Origin: Myxococcota bacterium
Lineage (GTDB): Bacteria; Myxococcota; UBA4151
Assembly (NCBI GenBank): GCA_036338695.1
Contig: JAYZBQ010000009.1
Span: 1 to 64,000, forward strand
Length of the DNA stretch: 64,000 bases
Reading direction: 5' to 3'
The notes under the pieces: model-generated
Told to the model about the DNA's origin: nothing
The model's database searches: none
Seen by the model: the letters and a program-made list of their open reading frames with translations, nothing else
Position numbers and translations under genes: made by a program
In this document: piece after piece, positions 17,412 to 27,225 of the stretch
How positions within the stretch are numbered: position 1 is the stretch's first letter
Layout: the number at the start of each line of letters is the position of its first letter

Positions 17412-18110
17412 TCACGGCGGTGGCAAGGGGCGACGAGGAAAGGCAGGCAAACGCCCCAGAATTCCCATCACCAAGCCAACCGAGAGCAAGGCCGGCAGCA
17501 CAGACCAGACGCTATACCGCCATGGGATGTCCCCCGCCGGTGTACCGATCAGCGCCCAAACCATCCGAAGCGCGAGCGCACCGGCGAGGCATCGCACCAC
17601 CAGACGTCGATACGCCTTGAGGTGGGCGTCGACCCACGTGCGAGCGAGCAGTACAAACGCGAGGGTGACGATGAGGACCAGGCAGCTCAGACCAGCGAGC
17701 TCCAGCCCAGAGATCGCCGTCGTGGGAAGCTTGGGTCCGTGATACTCTGCTCGAAACCATGGCACGAAAAGGCTGATGAAGGCGCAAGCGACGACCCACA
17801 AGAGCCGGCGGTCCTGAACACTCATGCGCCGGAGCGCCCGCTCCAGATCATCGAGCGCCGTGTCCAACTCCTCAAGCCCCGTCCGGGGCAAACGCAAGGC
17901 CTCCCCCTGAACGCCGTAAGGGACCCCACCCCCGACCGGGTCGGTCGCCTCGGCCTCGGGCGGCGCTGAGTCAACGACCGGCGTGCGCTCCTCGAGCGGA
18001 TCGGGCGGCTCGAACGCAACGAGCGGGGTGACCTCGCCTTCAAGCGCCACGTTGAGCTCGGGTACCTCGCGCAGGACGTGACCGTCTGGGGGGGTCGACT
18101 CCGCGGTCAC
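17412..18110 (-). CDS. Hypothetical membrane protein (acidic Pro-rich N-terminus, about 4 TM helices)
   Basis: GTGA overlap with the cyclase stop; hydrophobic segments in the C-terminal half. Confidence 0.6.
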   Translation of the reverse strand: MTAESTPPDGHVLREVPELNVALEGEVTPLVAFEPPDPLEERTPVVDSAPPEAEATDPVGGGVPYGVQGEALRLPRTGLEELDTALDDLERALRRMSVQDRRLLWVVACAFISLFVPWFRAEYHGPKLPTTAISGLELAGLSCLVLIVTLAFVLLARTWVDAHLKAYRRLVVRCLAGALALRMVWALIGTPAGDIPWRYSVWSVLPALLSVGLVMGILGRLPAFPRRPLPPP

Positions 18111-21100
18111 GCCACCTCCAACGAGCCCGCCAAACGCTCACAGCGGCGACGCAGCTCGGGATCAAAGATGGCGCCGAGGTCGGCGAGTCGTGCGAGCGCG
18201 TTGCGGCGGAGGTGGACCGGTCCAGGCAGGCTGATCAAGCACTCGGCGCGCAGCGCCTCCTCGAGGCTCTGGGAGGCGCTTGCGACCAGCGCACAGGCGA
18301 GGGCGCGCCCCGTGGTCGTCCACGCAGCCGTCGTCCGCTCGAGCAGGCGCCTCGCCAACCCATCAGCGCCCTCTTCACCACGCTCAGCGCAGCGGTGCAT
18401 ACGCCAGATGATCGCCTCGGTGGCGTAACGCTTCATCCCGAGCTCATCCGCTCGGCTGACGGCCTCTTCAAACGCTCGCTCGGACGCAACGGAGCCAAGC
18501 TCCTCGTGATCAAGCAGCGCGTTCAAGACGACCAAACGCGTCTGAAACCACTCCGCCGGGCTCTGCGCTAAAACGGCCTGGGCGCGCCCTGCGAGGCGGC
18601 GCCCTTCCTCAGCACGCTGCAGGTGCAAAGAAGCCCAAATCTGATCGAGTAACAGCTCGAGCTGATGCGCCTCATCGTCGTCGCCCAGCGCCTCGTCGAG
18701 GCGCGCTGCGGCGCGCAGATAACGGCCCTCAAAGAGCTCGTGTCGTGCGCGCAAGATCTCGGCTTGGCGGCGTGCGCTCATCGGCAAACCCTCTCCATCT
18801 TCGAGGAGATCGATCGCCCGCCCAGCCTGAGACCACCCGCCGCGCATCTGATCGACCTCTGCGCGCGTCAACCGAAGGTAAGCGAGCGCCTCGGCGTCGT
18901 GCACCGACTCGCTGAGCCCCTCCGCTGCGCCCAAGGCTCGATCCGCTTCGGCGGGGCGCCCCGCCTCCATCTCAACTTGAGCGAGGACGCAGCGAGCGCG
19001 CATCTGCAGCGCCGCCGGCATGGTGCTGCCGCTGAGTAAGGCTCGCAAAGCCGCGATCGCGTCATCGATCTGAGCGCTGCGCAGCCACAACAACTCAGCG
19101 CGCTCAAGTCGCAGGCTCGCTTGTCGGTTTCCGGTTGCGCCCGCCGCCGCCTGGCTCAAGGCCTCGGCGGCTGCAGAGGCGTCACCAGCCTGGAGCGCAT
19201 CCGCAGCAAGCTTTTCGTACAGCGCCGACGCATCCTCCTCGGATTGCGCAAGCATGAGGTGACGTGCGAGCACCGTGCGCAGCCCCGTGGTAAGCTCCGC
19301 GCCGCTCACCTGGAGCCACTGGGCGACCTTCGCATGAATGGTGCGCCGCAGGCTCAGCGGGAGCATCCGCGAGGCGACCTCCGCGACCATCAACGCCCGG
19401 AATCGGTACGCCGTGGCCATGGGCAGTTGAGGGTCGACAAACTCTTCGAGCCAACCATACTCGACGAGGTAATCGAGCGCTGCGGAGACCTCCGCAGCGT
19501 CACCGATAGCGACCTCAACGGCGACCGGCTTCCAGAAGACCTGCCCAACGGCGGCGCAGCGCTGCAGGAGGTAACGTGGGGTGCGCGGCAGCGCATCGAT
19601 CCGAGCCTGAAGGAGCTCGCGCAGGCTTCCCGGGACTTGGACCTCTCGCACCCGGTCCTCGTCGAGTACCCACCCTGCGTCGGATTCGATCATCACGCCT
19701 TCGAGACGCCAGACGCGCAACAACTCGTTCATGTGAGAAGGGTTCCCACCGCTCGTTCGGTGGAACCGCTCGCAGAGCACCGGGTCCACCGACCCAAGCG
19801 CCATGGTGAGCCATTGAGCGACCTCGTCCGAGGTCATCGCTGAAAGCTCGACCGTCTCAATCGTTGCGCTCAGCTGCTCGCCGAGACGCTCACGAAGGAC
19901 CGGCTCCTGATGTGCGCACAGAACCACCAGCCCTCGATGATGGTAGCGCTTGAGCAATTCGATCCATCGCGCAGAGCGGGCGTCGATCCGCTGCGCCTCC
20001 TCCACCACGATCAGACCGGGGAACCCATCATGCTGAAACACGGTTTTCCAAGCCTCAACGTCGAGTTCATCGACGACGCCACTCTGAAGGCAGCGGAGTA
20101 CTCGGTGCGCCCCCGCTTCATCGCCGAGCCATGCGCCCAGCTTGGCGCCCGAGACGTGCGGCGCGTCGACGTCGGCGCTGAGCGTACTGAGGATGCGCAG
20201 CGGCAGCTCGGCAGGGAGCGGGTCTGCGTGTCGCTCCAGAACGATCGATGAGTATTCCCCCACCTTATCGCTGAGCTCTTGAATCAAGCGTCCTCGCCCA
20301 CCCCCCGGCTCGCTGGTCAGGAGGACAACCTCGCAGCCCTCAGCGGCATGCAAATCGGTCAGTCTGCTCAGCTCGGCTCGGCGGCCGATCAGCGCCAGGG
20401 ATGCCGACGTGTCATCTCTCGACGACAGGTTCTCACCCAAGACGAGGTAGGCCGCCTCCGGCGCTGCGCGCCCCTTGAGGTGCAGCTCCCCAACGGGGGT
20501 CAACTCGTAGCGCTGTCGAACCTGCTGAGCGGTCGCTGAGCCCACGAGGACCTGACCTGCTTTGCCGGCGCTTTCGAGACGTGCGGCGACGTTTACCGTA
20601 TCGCCGATCACCGTATACTCACTGGCTCGCCCGAGCGAGCCTGCGATGACCTCTCCCGTGTTGATACCGACACGCATCTGCAGCGTCAGCCCGAGCTCAT
20701 CGGCAACGGCCGCGCAGACGCTGTGAATCGCCAGACCGCAGCGCACCGCCCGCTCGGCGTCATCACCGCCGGCTTTGGGCACCCCGAATAAAGCCATAAT
20801 CGCATCACCGATGATCTTGTCGACGCTCCCGCCGTGGCTCTCCACCACGGCGCTCAGACGCCCGAACAAGGTGTTCATCAGGTTCTGCACGATCTCGGGG
20901 TCAAGGCCCTCCGATAGGGTCGTAAAATCTCGAACATCGGCGAACAAGACGGTGCACCAGCGGCGCTCAACCTGAGGCAAGCGCTGGGTCGAGCGCCCAC
21001 ACCGGTGGCAATACCGAGCTTCCTCGATTAAATGCGCGCCACACTGAACGCAATGTTGCGAGTCCACGACCGTCTCAACCTGATCTTCCGTGCGGGTTGG

Positions 21101-21112
21101 GTACCTGCCCAT
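18107..21112 (-). CDS. Zinc-ribbon + class III adenylate cyclase + AAA/STAND-like + TPR-like protein
   Basis: CVQCG...YCHRCG; VLFADVRDFT, VDKIIGDAIMALFG, MRVGINTG, YTVIGDTVNVAARLE, LKGR; LIGRRAEL, SGGNP, LLQARIDAL. Start trimmed (alternative GTG 21067) because the track ORF overlaps ppiD. Confidence 0.88.
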   Translation of the reverse strand: MGRYPTRTEDQVETVVDSQHCVQCGAHLIEEARYCHRCGRSTQRLPQVERRWCTVLFADVRDFTTLSEGLDPEIVQNLMNTLFGRLSAVVESHGGSVDKIIGDAIMALFGVPKAGGDDAERAVRCGLAIHSVCAAVADELGLTLQMRVGINTGEVIAGSLGRASEYTVIGDTVNVAARLESAGKAGQVLVGSATAQQVRQRYELTPVGELHLKGRAAPEAAYLVLGENLSSRDDTSASLALIGRRAELSRLTDLHAAEGCEVVLLTSEPGGGRGRLIQELSDKVGEYSSIVLERHADPLPAELPLRILSTLSADVDAPHVSGAKLGAWLGDEAGAHRVLRCLQSGVVDELDVEAWKTVFQHDGFPGLIVVEEAQRIDARSARWIELLKRYHHRGLVVLCAHQEPVLRERLGEQLSATIETVELSAMTSDEVAQWLTMALGSVDPVLCERFHRTSGGNPSHMNELLRVWRLEGVMIESDAGWVLDEDRVREVQVPGSLRELLQARIDALPRTPRYLLQRCAAVGQVFWKPVAVEVAIGDAAEVSAALDYLVEYGWLEEFVDPQLPMATAYRFRALMVAEVASRMLPLSLRRTIHAKVAQWLQVSGAELTTGLRTVLARHLMLAQSEEDASALYEKLAADALQAGDASAAAEALSQAAAGATGNRQASLRLERAELLWLRSAQIDDAIAALRALLSGSTMPAALQMRARCVLAQVEMEAGRPAEADRALGAAEGLSESVHDAEALAYLRLTRAEVDQMRGGWSQAGRAIDLLEDGEGLPMSARRQAEILRARHELFEGRYLRAAARLDEALGDDDEAHQLELLLDQIWASLHLQRAEEGRRLAGRAQAVLAQSPAEWFQTRLVVLNALLDHEELGSVASERAFEEAVSRADELGMKRYATEAIIWRMHRCAERGEEGADGLARRLLERTTAAWTTTGRALACALVASASQSLEEALRAECLISLPGPVHLRRNALARLADLGAIFDPELRRRCERLAGSLEVA

Positions 21113-21223
21113 GGCCGCTTTGGACAAGACCATCCGGAGTCCGATGACGCCGCCCCTGCGCGCAAGATACTTGAAAGGGCGCTCTTTCGCCGATAACGAC
21201 GGGCTCCAAAACACGGAAATGAC

Positions 21224-22786
21224 ATGCAACAGAGCCGCTTTTCGAAAGTCACCGCACAGATTCTCGTGATCGGGATCAGCCTCGCCTTCATCATCAACTT
21301 CGGACCGCAAGCGGGTACAGCTTGCGCGCCGCAGACCGGCCCTGCGGCGACCGCCGATGGCCTGAAGATCAGCGCAGGCGAGTACAATCGCTTTTACCGG
21401 CAACGCTTCGAGCAAGAGCGGAGCCAGCGTAAGGGCTTCGATGAGGCGAAAGCCAAGGCGGAGGGGTTCCCACAGAGGATCGCTGAAGAGCTTGTCGACC
21501 AGCGTCTGATGGCGATGGAGGGGCAGGCTCGTGGCCTGCGGATGTCCGACGACATGCTGCGCAAGATGATCAAGTACTGGTTCCGTAACTCGATGCCCGA
21601 AGAGGGCTGGGATCAGGCGACCTACGAGCGCATCATCCAAGGCAACTATGGGATCACCGTCGCCGAGTGGGAGGAGAACCTGCGCACCGAGGAGAGCGCC
21701 ACTCAGGTCAAGTCAGCGATCATGTTGGCCTCGATGCCGACGAAGGCGCAGATCCGAGATCGCTTCAACATCGACCGCACACGCTCGCGCTTCACCGCGC
21801 TGCGAGTGGACCGAAGCGCCTTTGAGAAAGACGCCAAACTCCCGACCGATGAGGAAGCCAGCGCGTGGGCTAAGGATGCTGCGAACCAAGAGGCGATCAA
21901 AGCCGCTTATGAGGAGCAAAAGAGCCGCTTTGAGCAGCCCAAGCAGGTGAAGGCGAGCCACATCCTTGCGAAGTTCAAGAAGGGCGATGACGCCGCCGAG
22001 AAAGCAGCGAAGAAAAAGATCGACGAGGCCAAGGCGAAGCTCGACGCCGGTGACGACTTCGGTGAGGTCGCTAAAGCGTTCTCGGACGATGGCTCCGCTG
22101 CGAAGGGCGGAGACCTGGGCTTCTTCGGCCCGGGGCGCATGGTGAAACCTTTTGAAGAGGCAGCCTTTGCGCTCAAACCCAACGAGGTCAGCGGCGTGGT
22201 CACCAGTCAGTTCGGCTACCACATCATCAAAGTCTTTGAGGTCAAAGAGGCGAGCACGCAGACGCTGGACGAAGCGCAGGCTGAATTGGCAAAAGAGCTC
22301 TTGCAGAAGCAGACGGTCGGTAAGCTGGCGCGGGCGCACGCCAACCTTGTGCTCACGATCATCAAGAACGGCGTCGACCTGAAAAATCTCTTCGCCGAGG
22401 GCGAGGCGGGTGACGAGGCGCGTAAGGCCTCCAGCTATGAAAACACCTACAACCTCAAAACCGAAGACACCGGATTTGTCTCGGCTAAGCAGCGGCAGAT
22501 CAAAGGCATGGGCCTCGTGCCCGGGCTCGCTGCGCGCTTACTCAAGATCGACAAAGAAGGGCCTTGCCCCGAGGTCTATGAGACCGAGACAGGCTACGCC
22601 GTATGTCAAGTAGAGGAGCGCGAGCTCCCCGACGACGAAGCCTTCGCCGAAGAGAGCGAGCAGCTCCGACTGTACCTCGGCTACACGCTCCGGCAGCGGC
22701 TCACCCAAGCGCTCAGCAACAACCTGCGTGAGAGCGCTGGGGCTAAAGTCAACACGCAAAACCTCGAGGGCAACCCCTACCGATGA
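21224..22786 (+). CDS. ppiD: PpiD/SurA-like periplasmic parvulin peptidyl-prolyl isomerase
   Basis: N-terminal TM ([15 protein letters not shown]); SurA-N-like region; parvulin motifs [44 protein letters not shown]. Confidence 0.85.
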   Translation: MQQSRFSKVTAQILVIGISLAFIINFGPQAGTACAPQTGPAATADGLKISAGEYNRFYRQRFEQERSQRKGFDEAKAKAEGFPQRIAEELVDQRLMAMEGQARGLRMSDDMLRKMIKYWFRNSMPEEGWDQATYERIIQGNYGITVAEWEENLRTEESATQVKSAIMLASMPTKAQIRDRFNIDRTRSRFTALRVDRSAFEKDAKLPTDEEASAWAKDAANQEAIKAAYEEQKSRFEQPKQVKASHILAKFKKGDDAAEKAAKKKIDEAKAKLDAGDDFGEVAKAFSDDGSAAKGGDLGFFGPGRMVKPFEEAAFALKPNEVSGVVTSQFGYHIIKVFEVKEASTQTLDEAQAELAKELLQKQTVGKLARAHANLVLTIIKNGVDLKNLFAEGEAGDEARKASSYENTYNLKTEDTGFVSAKQRQIKGMGLVPGLAARLLKIDKEGPCPEVYETETGYAVCQVEERELPDDEAFAEESEQLRLYLGYTLRQRLTQALSNNLRESAGAKVNTQNLEGNPYR

Positions 22787-23460
22787 TGGCGCTGATCCTC
22801 GTCCTTGCGTCGAGCCCGGTCGACCCCTTGTGGTCGCTGGTGGACGAGGAGCGTTACGAGGAGGCGGTACGTGGGGCGCTGAGCCTCGCTCAGCGGAGCA
22901 CAGACAACCCGAAACTGCGTCAAGACGCCCTTATTCTAGGGCTCACTGCGGCTTGCTCAGGCAACAGCCCGCGCTGCTTGGAGATGGCGAAGATCATCAC
23001 CGACTGGGCGCCGCTGTGGCGGCCTGACTCCCGCGCCTTACCTCGCCTCGTGCAAGCGGTCGGGCAGGCTCGCCTCAGCCAAGCGGACCGACTCAGGGCG
23101 CTCCCGAGCGGAGACCTCAGCGCCGGTCGTTGGTGCGCGCCCAGTCAGAGCGTCGCCGTCGTCATGGTGGACACCACGCAAGGGGTCAACGGGCTGCGCC
23201 GTGTCAGCGAGCGATGCGTCAGCCTGGCGAGCGCCCAACAGGGTTATCTGATCGCGTTCGACGCTACCTTGCGCGTCACCGCGGCGCTTGGCTCACCTCA
23301 GGCGCCAGCCATTTTACGACGCGAGCAACCCGCGGATCAACGCCAACTCACGCTGGCGCTTAGCGTCGGGGGGGTACTGGTTGCGGGCGCCGTCGCCTAT
23401 CTGCTGCTCTCGGATCCAGGGACCGGGACACTAACGCTTACCGTCGAGAGGCGCCCATGA
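22783..23460 (+). CDS. Hypothetical exported protein with C-terminal hydrophobic segment
   Basis: ATGA overlap with ppiD; short signal; TPR-like helices; [21 protein letters not shown]. Confidence 0.6.
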   Translation: MMALILVLASSPVDPLWSLVDEERYEEAVRGALSLAQRSTDNPKLRQDALILGLTAACSGNSPRCLEMAKIITDWAPLWRPDSRALPRLVQAVGQARLSQADRLRALPSGDLSAGRWCAPSQSVAVVMVDTTQGVNGLRRVSERCVSLASAQQGYLIAFDATLRVTAALGSPQAPAILRREQPADQRQLTLALSVGGVLVAGAVAYLLLSDPGTGTLTLTVERRP

Positions 23461-23837
23461 AGCGTACGCTGCTGTTGACGGCGCTGCTCGCAGGCTGCGG
23501 TCAGCCTCAAGCCGGCTCGGTCGTCCTTAACTTTCCCGCCGACTGGGTGACCGACGGGATCCTGCATGCGGCGGTCTTTGAGTCAGGTCGCTGCGCTACC
23601 CTGGCATCGCCCGTACCGCTCGAAGAGGCGCTCGTTCGCCTCTCGGACCCCTCGAACTTCAACGCGCAGAACGAGCGCCAGATGACGCTCTCAGCCATCC
23701 CGGCAGGTCGCGACAGGATGGTGGTGGCGGTCATCGAAAAGGAAGGACAGCAAGTGTGTCGAGCATGTGCCGATGAGCTGGTGATCAACGATGGCGAGCA
23801 GAGCGCTGCGCGGCTGATCCTCGAGGGCTGCCCTTAA
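23457..23837 (+). CDS. Small lipoprotein
   Basis: [14 protein letters not shown] lipobox; beta-rich body; ATGA overlap. Confidence 0.7.
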   Translation: MKRTLLLTALLAGCGQPQAGSVVLNFPADWVTDGILHAAVFESGRCATLASPVPLEEALVRLSDPSNFNAQNERQMTLSAIPAGRDRMVVAVIEKEGQQVCRACADELVINDGEQSAARLILEGCP

Positions 23838-23870
23838 AGAACAAACCGCAGGACCCAAGGCCTGCGGTTT
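23836..23870 (-). terminator. Rho-independent terminator after tRNA-Arg
   Basis: Perfect 10-bp inverted repeat aaaccgcagg (23843-23852) / cctgcggttt (23861-23870), followed on the minus strand by GTTCTTT. Confidence 0.7.
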
Positions 23871-23946
23871 GGTGAGCGGGATAGGATTCGAACCTACGAC
23901 CGTCGGCTTCGGAAGCCGAAGCTCTATCCAGCTGAGCTACCCACCC
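23870..23946 (-). tRNA. tRNA-Arg (anticodon CCG)
   Basis: GGGTGGGTAGCTCAGCTGGATAGAGCTTCGGCTTCCGAAGCCGACGGTCGTAGGTTCGAATCCTATCCCGCTCACCA; anticodon loop TTCCGAA; encoded CCA. Confidence 0.96.
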
Positions 23947-24065
23947 AACCAGCTTGGGTCGGCGCTTAGCGAATCCCTCGCGCGAACGCAACGCCGATGA
24001 TGCGCTGACTTTTCAAGAAGTAGATCACCCCCTATCTTGAGCCCTCACTTGGAGCCACCACGCCC

Positions 24066-25400
24066 ATGAACCGGTTGATTTTCGCAGCGGCGATCGTGAC
24101 GCTCAGCTGCACGGGGCCGAAAGATGCGGTCGCGCCCGACAGCGGCGTCGTGCCAGACGGCGGTCCGACGACGCCATCGGATGCGGGGGCAACGAGCGAT
24201 GGAGGCGAAACGCTGGATACCGGGCCAGCCTGTGGAAACGGCCGCATCGAGCCCGGCGAGACCTGCGATGATGCCAACGCGGCTGCCGGCGACGGCTGCT
24301 CGTCGCTTTGCGAGCTCGAGCGGGGGCGAATTGAGCTCGCCCAGGCTAGCCCGCGCGCGGAGGTGGATCAACCCATCCTAATCCGCGGTGAGGGGTTTCG
24401 CTATGCCACCGAACTCCAGGTCTGCATCGTCCAAGCGGAGGCTTGCCGCTTTACCATCGGCACGGTGCAAACCGATGCATTCGGCGTCATCGAAGCCGAT
24501 TCGGGTGAGGGCGCGGCTGTTCAAATCGACCAAGCGATGGCGGTGTCTGTTGCGGTCTGCGACCCAACCATCGAGACCTGCTCCAACACCCTCGCCCTCG
24601 AATGGTTCGTTCCGGACGTGGAGTGCCAAGAGGATTATGACTGCGCTGAGGGGCTCCGATGCCTCGGGAACCAATGCATCGCCGACTCTCCGAGCTGCAG
24701 CAGCGACCGCGAGGTCATCGAATGTCCACCGGGGCAGGTCTGCGTGAACGGCCTGTGCGAGGACCCCAACGAAAATCATTGCCAGGACAGCAGCGATTGT
24801 CCGGATGAGCACAACTGCATTAACGGGCGCTGCATTGAGCGTAACCGTCAGTGCGGCGAGCATGATCACTGCCCGATGCATCAGCTCTGCAACCTCAACA
24901 GAGGTCAATGTCAGGGCTTACCGGCGGGTATGTGCCGAGATGATAGCCCATGTCAGCTGCACTGCGTGATCCCGGCGGGCGAACAGCTCGGGCGTTGCGT
25001 CGACTGCGAGCAAGACGATGAATGCCCCGTCGGCGCCGTCTGCAACCAACTTGGGCAGTGCGCAGCGCCGAACTGCACACCCGACAACTGCCCGGCGCCG
25101 GGACGCTGCGAGAACGACCGCTGCGTCGGAGGCGGAGACTGCAACCCGCAAAACTGCCAACCGCCCAACCGCTGTGAGAACAACACCTGCGTCAACGGAC
25201 AAGCGCCACAGCTTTGCGCCGGTCATGACGACTGCGACCCGACCATGCAGTGCCTGGTCATTGACAACCGAGGCAGCTGCGTGAGCCGCTGCAACCAGGG
25301 TGACCAAGCTGAATTCTGCGCCGGCGGAGGTCAGCCCAACTGCATCTGCACCATGCTCACGATGACCTGTGATCATCGAACAGGTCTGTGTCAAAGATGA
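24066..25400 (+). CDS. Cys-rich lipoprotein (one myxobacterial Cys-rich repeat plus multiple small 4-Cys knots)
   Basis: Lipobox TLSC; CGNGRIEPGETCDDANAAAGDGCSSLC; repeated C-x5-C-x5-C-x4-C units. Confidence 0.8.
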   Translation: MNRLIFAAAIVTLSCTGPKDAVAPDSGVVPDGGPTTPSDAGATSDGGETLDTGPACGNGRIEPGETCDDANAAAGDGCSSLCELERGRIELAQASPRAEVDQPILIRGEGFRYATELQVCIVQAEACRFTIGTVQTDAFGVIEADSGEGAAVQIDQAMAVSVAVCDPTIETCSNTLALEWFVPDVECQEDYDCAEGLRCLGNQCIADSPSCSSDREVIECPPGQVCVNGLCEDPNENHCQDSSDCPDEHNCINGRCIERNRQCGEHDHCPMHQLCNLNRGQCQGLPAGMCRDDSPCQLHCVIPAGEQLGRCVDCEQDDECPVGAVCNQLGQCAAPNCTPDNCPAPGRCENDRCVGGGDCNPQNCQPPNRCENNTCVNGQAPQLCAGHDDCDPTMQCLVIDNRGSCVSRCNQGDQAEFCAGGGQPNCICTMLTMTCDHRTGLCQR

Positions 25401-25403
25401 CCC

Positions 25404-25440
25404 AAAACGTTGACGGGCGCCCCCCAAGGAGCGCCCGCCA
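25404..25440 (-). terminator. Terminator hairpin after tRNA-Ala
   Basis: Minus strand TGGCGGGCGCTCC-TTGG-GGGGCGCCCGTCA (13-bp stem with G-U pairs), then ACGTTTT. Confidence 0.6.
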
Positions 25441-25451
25441 TTTCCGCTAAC

Positions 25452-25527
25452 TGGTGGAGGTGAGGGGAGTCGAACCCCTGACCCCTTGAATGCCATTCAA
25501 GTACTCTACCAACTGAGCTACACCCCC
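25452..25527 (-). tRNA. tRNA-Ala (anticodon GGC)
   Basis: GGGGGTGTAGCTCAGTTGGTAGAGTACTTGAATGGCATTCAAGGGGTCAGGGGTTCGACTCCCCTCACCTCCACCA; G3-U70 alanine determinant; encoded CCA. Confidence 0.96.
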
Positions 25528-25610
25528 AGCGGCGGGCTCGCTAAGTCCAGCAAATTAGCGCGTCGGTCAAGAGTGTTTTCCGCGCCGCGCCGACGCGCTA
25601 TGGATCCGCC

Positions 25611-26603
25611 ATGAACTGGACCCCTCCACGACTCGAAGACCTCAGCGATCGGCGCTTGAGGTATGTCCGCATCTCGCTGACGGACCGATGTCAGTTTCGC
25701 TGTCCATACTGTCGACCGGAGGCTGGCGAGGAGCCGTGCGAGCCCACGGCTGATCACCTCACGGCGCGTGAGCTCGCACGCGTGGTGCGCGTCCTGACGA
25801 CGATCGGAATTCGGACAGTTCGGTTTACAGGAGGCGAGCCGCTCTTGCGTCGAGATCTCGCGGACGTGATCGCCTCGGTCCGGGCGGTAGGCGTTGACGA
25901 CCTGGCGATCACCACCAACGGCGCGCTGCTCAGCCCAAAGCGTGCAGAGGCGCTCGCCTCGGCTGGACTTCGGCGCATCAACATCAGCCTCGATACGCTC
26001 GATGCCGAGCGCTTCAAGGCGCTCAGCGGCGGCGCGCCCATCACCCCGGTGCTCGATGGAATTCGAGCTGCCATCGACGCCGGGATGCAGCTCAAGACAA
26101 ACACCGTGGTCGTCCGAGGTCAAAACGACCGCGAGCTGCTCCGAATCGCCGATTTTGTGTGGTCGATCGGGGGCGTACCCCGATTTATTGAGGTGATGCC
26201 GATGGGCGCAGGGCGAGCGCTCGAGATGGTTCCGGCTGACGAGATCATGAGCGCCTTTGAGCTGGTGCCGGTCGACGAGCAGAGCCTGAGGCAACCGGGT
26301 ATCGGTCCCGCAGACTACTGGCTGCACCAAGGCCGCGCCGATCAAGTGCTCGGGGTGATCGCAGCCACGACGCGCAATTTCTGCGCCTCGTGCAATCGGA
26401 TCAGGCTGACGGCGACAGGCGCTGTTAGGCCATGCCTTGCGTCAGCGGTTGGTACAGAACTCAGGCCGATCCTCCGCAACGTCGACGCGGACGATCACGA
26501 CTTGGTCGAGGCGATCTACCAGGCGCTTGCGATCAAACCGGAGGGACACCGGTTTAGCGAGGGGATTGCCGGTGAGCTGCCGATGAAGCTGTTAGGCGGC
26601 TGA
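25611..26603 (+). CDS. moaA: GTP 3',8-cyclase (molybdenum cofactor biosynthesis radical SAM)
   Basis: YVRISLTDRCQFRCPYC, RFTGGEPLLR, RINISLDTL, RFIEVMPMG, FCASCNRIRLT...PCL, terminal GG. Confidence 0.96.
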   Translation: MNWTPPRLEDLSDRRLRYVRISLTDRCQFRCPYCRPEAGEEPCEPTADHLTARELARVVRVLTTIGIRTVRFTGGEPLLRRDLADVIASVRAVGVDDLAITTNGALLSPKRAEALASAGLRRINISLDTLDAERFKALSGGAPITPVLDGIRAAIDAGMQLKTNTVVVRGQNDRELLRIADFVWSIGGVPRFIEVMPMGAGRALEMVPADEIMSAFELVPVDEQSLRQPGIGPADYWLHQGRADQVLGVIAATTRNFCASCNRIRLTATGAVRPCLASAVGTELRPILRNVDADDHDLVEAIYQALAIKPEGHRFSEGIAGELPMKLLGG

Positions 26604-27225
26604 GCTCTGCGCGCCGCGCCTTGGTCCGATCGCGACCACGGCCCCCGCGCACGTGCCGCTTAGCTTGTCGAAAGCTCACCCAAAGCAGGATCATCACGCC
26701 GCCTAAGAACAACCAATCGGCGCGGCCGCCGCGGCTGCTTAGCTGCTGATTTGCGCGCGCTGCGTAGCCTGCGAACACGCCGCCGAAGCGCTCATCACCG
26801 CGCCTCGCCAAGGCGGCGGCCATGGGCTCGTCTTTGGCCGAGAGCGCCGCCACCACCGCCATCTCGAGAGCCCACCGATTATCCGGTTCGACCTCGTATA
26901 AGCGCTGCGCAGCTCGGCGCGCCTCGTCAAATCGAGCGCTCGCATACAGACCCTCAAACTGAGCTCTCAGCGCCCACCCCGAATCACCGCTTGGCAGCCG
27001 ACCCACCGCCACCGCGCGCGCCACGTCAACGATCAACTCAGGGGCGCGCTCCGCGCAGGTGGTCAGCACGGATTGGTCGCCCCCGCGCCAGGCTGCGACG
27101 CAGTAGTCAGACCACAGCGCCACGTTGCCGGGTTGGGTATCGAGCGCTAAGGCGGCGCGCCCGCGGCGCTCGTCCCAATCACCAGGCTCTGGTTGAAGCG
27201 CTGCGAGCAAGAGAATGGCGATCAC
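26554..27225 (-). CDS. Hypothetical TPR-like exported protein with C-terminal TM and basic tail
   Basis: GTG at 27225 overlaps the BMC-T stop (GTGA), with AAGGAG 7 nt upstream; MIAILLLAALQ signal; YASARFDEARRAAQRLYEVEPDN TPR-like; WLFLGGVMILLWVSF TM. Confidence 0.6.
   Translation of the reverse strand: MIAILLLAALQPEPGDWDERRGRAALALDTQPGNVALWSDYCVAAWRGGDQSVLTTCAERAPELIVDVARAVAVGRLPSGDSGWALRAQFEGLYASARFDEARRAAQRLYEVEPDNRWALEMAVVAALSAKDEPMAAALARRGDERFGGVFAGYAARANQQLSSRGGRADWLFLGGVMILLWVSFRQAKRHVRGGRGRDRTKARRAELSRLTASSAAHRQSPR

Noticed and set aside
21113..21640. N-terminal extension of the 1177-aa cyclase ORF
   Set aside because: It is antisense to ppiD. The recognisable protein starts at the zinc ribbon near 21112-21067.
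23870..25527. Gene between two tRNAs as a possible integrated island
   Set aside because: No integrase, no duplicated tRNA 3' end and no evident compositional shift; each tRNA has its own terminator.
25611..26603. moaA as part of the BMC system
   Set aside because: Convergent orientation, and no molybdoenzyme or other Moco genes are in the window; adjacency alone is insufficient.
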